A program made the position numbers and the translations under genes. Shown here one piece after another: positions 46,992 to 49,661 of a stretch of 49,661 bases of DNA (within the stretch, counting starts at the first letter, position 1; each line of letters starts with the position of its first letter). The stretch spans positions 1 to 49,661 of the forward strand of contig CALCQG010000001.1 of assembly GCA_937897575.1 (NCBI GenBank), given 5' to 3'. The notes below the pieces were generated by a model, which was not told the DNA's origin, ran no database searches, and saw only the letters and a program-made list of their open reading frames with translations. This DNA is from an uncultured Synergistales bacterium. Its GTDB lineage: Bacteria; Synergistota; Synergistia; Synergistales; Aminobacteriaceae.

Positions 46992-48760
46992 CGCTTCCGC
47001 CCCCGGGCGGAGGTCGTCTTGGCCCCGCCGCCGGGGAGCACCGTGACCAGGGGCAGGAGGATCGGCCTGTTTCTGCCGTATCGCCGCAGAATATCCCGCA
47101 TCCGGGCCTTGAGCTTCGACTCCAGGCGTTCAGGCTCGGAAAGGGCCTTCTCCCCCATCTCGTCGATCGTCTTCTCCACAGCCAGGGTGAGTTCGTCCCT
47201 GAGCTTCGCCGCGTCCTCGAAGTGCACGAAGCCCCGACTCTCGAAGACGGGGCGGCCCATCAGCTCGCCCTTGGGCGAGAGGGTGAGGGCCGCCACGACG
47301 ACCCCCTCCTCGGAGAGCTCCCGGCGCTCCTTCAGCACGCTCCCGTGCAGCTCGCCGAGGGCCAGGCCGTCCACCATGATGCCGCCGGCCTGCACGTGCT
47401 CCTTCACCGCGGCTCCCTTGCCGTCGAAGACCAGCACGTCGCCGTTCACCATGACGAAGACGTTCTTGCCCGCGACGCCCATATCCTCGGCGAGCTGGGC
47501 GTGGCGCACCAGGTGGCGGTATTCGCCGTGCACGGGGACGAAGTACTTCGGCCGCACCATGTTGAACATGAGCCGCAGCTCGTCCCGGGAGGCGTGCCCC
47601 GAGACGTGCACGTCCCGGTCCTTCTCGTAGACCACCTCGCACCCGCAGGCGAAGAGGCGGTCGATGGTGCTGCTCACCATCCGCTCGTTTCCCGGCACGG
47701 GCGTGGCGAATACGGCCACCACGTCCTTCTCGCCCAGGGTGATCATCCGGTGCTCGCCCCGGCTCATGAGCACGAGGCCGGAGAAGGGCTCCCCCTGACT
47801 GCCCGTGGTCATGACCACCAGGGAGCCGGGCGACACGGTGTTCACGTCCTCGATGTCGAGCAGCATCTTGGGGTCGGCGTGGAGATAGCCCAGCTCCAGG
47901 GCCAGGTCCACGTTCTTCACCATGCTCCGCCCCATGAAGGCGACCTTTCTGTTGAACCGGGCCGCCGCGTCGACGACCTGCTGCACCCTGTGGATGTTGC
48001 TCGCGAAGGTGGCGATCACCACCCGCCGGGAACGGTACTGGCGAAAAATCCGGTCGAGCGTGGCGGCCAGCACGTGCTCCGACGGGGTGAAACCGCTGCG
48101 CTCCACGTTCGTCGAGTCCGACAGGAGCAGCAGCACCCCCTTCTCCCCCTCCCGGGCGAAGGCGGCGTAGTCCGTCACCCGCCCGTCGATGGGGGTGGGG
48201 TCCAGCTTGAAATCCCCCGTGTGGACCACCGTCCCGAGGGGCGTCTCCACGGCGATCCCGACGCTGTCCGGGATGGAGTGGCAGACGGCCATGAAACGGA
48301 CGGTGAAGGGGCCCATGGCCACAGCATCCCCGGCCGAGACCTCCCGGTAGTCCGGGACGTAGTTCGGCTCCCACTCCGTCAGCTTGTTGTTCACCATCCC
48401 GAGGGTCAGTTTCGTGCCGTAGAGGGGGACATTGAGTTTGGGCAGGATGAAGGGCAGCCCGCCGATATGGTCCTCGTGCCCGTGGGTCACCACGATCCCC
48501 ACGATTTTGTCCCGACGCTCCTCGAGGTACGTGATGTCCGGAATGACGAAGTCGATGCCGAGCATCTCGTCGTTCGGGAACATGAGCCCGCAGTCCACCA
48601 CGAGGATGGAGCCGTCGTACTCCAGAGCGTACATATTCTTTCCTATTTCACCAAGGCCGCCGAAGGGAATGTACTTCAGCCGACCGTCCTTTTTCTCCGA
48701 AGCCCTCTTTCTGGCGGCTCCTCGCGTGCTACGAACCATGCAAACACCCTGCCTTTCCAT
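46988..48760 (-). CDS. rnj: ribonuclease J (start 48760 or 48739)
   Basis: GGLGEIGKN, THGHEDHIG, HSIPD, HTGDFK, GSQGEP, HVSGHAS, PVHGE. Confidence 0.97.
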   Translation of the reverse strand: MERQGVCMVRSTRGAARKRASEKKDGRLKYIPFGGLGEIGKNMYALEYDGSILVVDCGLMFPNDEMLGIDFVIPDITYLEERRDKIVGIVVTHGHEDHIGGLPFILPKLNVPLYGTKLTLGMVNNKLTEWEPNYVPDYREVSAGDAVAMGPFTVRFMAVCHSIPDSVGIAVETPLGTVVHTGDFKLDPTPIDGRVTDYAAFAREGEKGVLLLLSDSTNVERSGFTPSEHVLAATLDRIFRQYRSRRVVIATFASNIHRVQQVVDAAARFNRKVAFMGRSMVKNVDLALELGYLHADPKMLLDIEDVNTVSPGSLVVMTTGSQGEPFSGLVLMSRGEHRMITLGEKDVVAVFATPVPGNERMVSSTIDRLFACGCEVVYEKDRDVHVSGHASRDELRLMFNMVRPKYFVPVHGEYRHLVRHAQLAEDMGVAGKNVFVMVNGDVLVFDGKGAAVKEHVQAGGIMVDGLALGELHGSVLKERRELSEEGVVVAALTLSPKGELMGRPVFESRGFVHFEDAAKLRDELTLAVEKTIDEMGEKALSEPERLESKLKARMRDILRRYGRNRPILLPLVTVLPGGGAKTTSARGRKR

Positions 48761-48777
48761 CGTTCTTCCACCCCGTA

Positions 48778-48806
48778 TTGCCCCGGGGATATTTCTTTGC
48801 TACAAT
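48778..48806 (+). promoter_or_regulatory. greA promoter
   Basis: TTGCCC-17 nt-TACAAT with extended -10 TG. Confidence 0.6.
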
Positions 48807-48865
48807 TTCGTATCGACTGTACATCTCTCCCCCTTTGGGGAGATCGTTCCCGGGAGGTATTCAGC

Positions 48866-49363
48866 GTGACGCATCCTAACGAAGAAATCCTGTCCAACAT
48901 GACCCAGGCCGGATACGACAAGCTCGTGAAGGAGTTGACGGAACTCCGAACCGCCGGCAGAGCCGAGATCGCCCGGCAGCTTGAGGAGGCGCGCTCCTTC
49001 GGCGACCTGAGCGAGAACGCCGAGTACGCCGTGGCCAAGGAGGAACAGGCCAAACTGGAGACGCGGATCTCCTACCTCGAGTTCCAGCTCGGCAGAGCGA
49101 AGATCCTGGACGCCTCCACCATCGACAGCAGCCGGGTCACCCTCGGGACGACCGTGACCATCCGGGACATCGTCAGCAAGAAAGAGGTCGCCTACACCAT
49201 CGTGGGGTCCGAGGAGTCCAACCCGAAAGAGTGCAAGATCTCCTCGGCGAGCCCGGTGGGGCAGGCGCTGCTCAACAAGACCGTCGGCGACGAAGTCCAC
49301 GTGAAGGTTCCGAGAGGTGTTCGCCACCTCCGGATCGTGTGCATCGCCATCTCCGAAGCCTAG
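48866..49363 (+). CDS. greA: transcription elongation factor GreA
   Basis: GTG start after GGAGGT; ARSFGDLSENAEY, YTIVG..E.NP, IS..SPVG.ALL. Confidence 0.96.
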   Translation: MTHPNEEILSNMTQAGYDKLVKELTELRTAGRAEIARQLEEARSFGDLSENAEYAVAKEEQAKLETRISYLEFQLGRAKILDASTIDSSRVTLGTTVTIRDIVSKKEVAYTIVGSEESNPKECKISSASPVGQALLNKTVGDEVHVKVPRGVRHLRIVCIAISEA

Positions 49364-49661
49364 CGCTCGTCTCCCGCGGGCGTTCCCGCTCCGGCGCCCT
49401 CGCCTGAGGGGTCGTGCGGGGTGCTCTCCCCAAAAACGGCCGAATCCTTCCTGCCCGTCAGCCCGTCGTCGCCCCACTCCTCCGCCTCCTGCGGCCGGCG
49501 GCTCGGTTTTGCCGCCGCCCCCTTCTTGAACGTCCCTTGACCGGGGAAGGGGTTGGACAGCACGTCATCGCCGAGGACGTAGGGCGTCTCCGGGAAGGCC
49601 TTCACCACGAACCGCAGGCTCACCCAATCGTCATCGCCCACCATATCGTCCCTGTAGATGA
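49360..49661 (-). CDS. C-terminal end of an unidentified gene entering from the right edge
   Basis: Frame open to the window edge: ...GDDDWVSLRFVVKAFPETPY...; stop overlaps the greA stop. Confidence 0.55.
   Translation of the reverse strand, partial: IYRDDMVGDDDWVSLRFVVKAFPETPYVLGDDVLSNPFPGQGTFKKGAAAKPSRRPQEAEEWGDDGLTGRKDSAVFGESTPHDPSGEGAGAGTPAGDER

Noticed and set aside
49633..49643. ATCGCCCACCA identical to the tRNA-Val 3' end (possible att site)
   Set aside because: Only 11 bp, inside a coding frame, and separated from the tRNA by core housekeeping genes; likely chance.

Overview
GC-rich chromosomal segment of an anaerobic diderm bacterium; gene content and order suggest Synergistota (inference). 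Left part: a partial 2-oxoacid:ferredoxin oxidoreductase alpha gene, a 54-aa zinc-ribbon gene absent from the ORF track, a DtxR/MntR regulator divergent from feoA-feoA-feoB plus a Cys-rich small gene, cstA, an exported msrAB and tRNA-Val(CAC). Downstream of the tRNA is an accessory region: a MATE pump, then an AT-rich ~6.8 kb catabolic operon (GntR, D-2-hydroxyacid dehydrogenase, HpcH aldolase, TRAP PQM, lactonase-like MBL hydrolase) bracketed by two same-orientation IS481-family relics, the left one carrying three short foreign insertions. Middle part: csaA, MBL hydrolase, NhaC, an exported M20 amidohydrolase, two acetamidase/formamidase-family genes, DUF533, a signal-peptide-bearing thioredoxin-like ferredoxin and two c-di-GMP genes. 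Right part: a ~14.5 kb minus-strand run rnj-uppP-maf-DUF5693-csaB-tktN-tktC-ftsE-ftsX-envC-ctpA-divergent deacetylase-purA, then greA. The best candidate for an undescribed function is the split transketolase-like pair, which has lost four conserved active-site histidines and sits between csaB and ftsEX. No CRISPR array, rRNA, integrase or prophage gene was seen. All calls come from reading motifs by eye; no searches were run.
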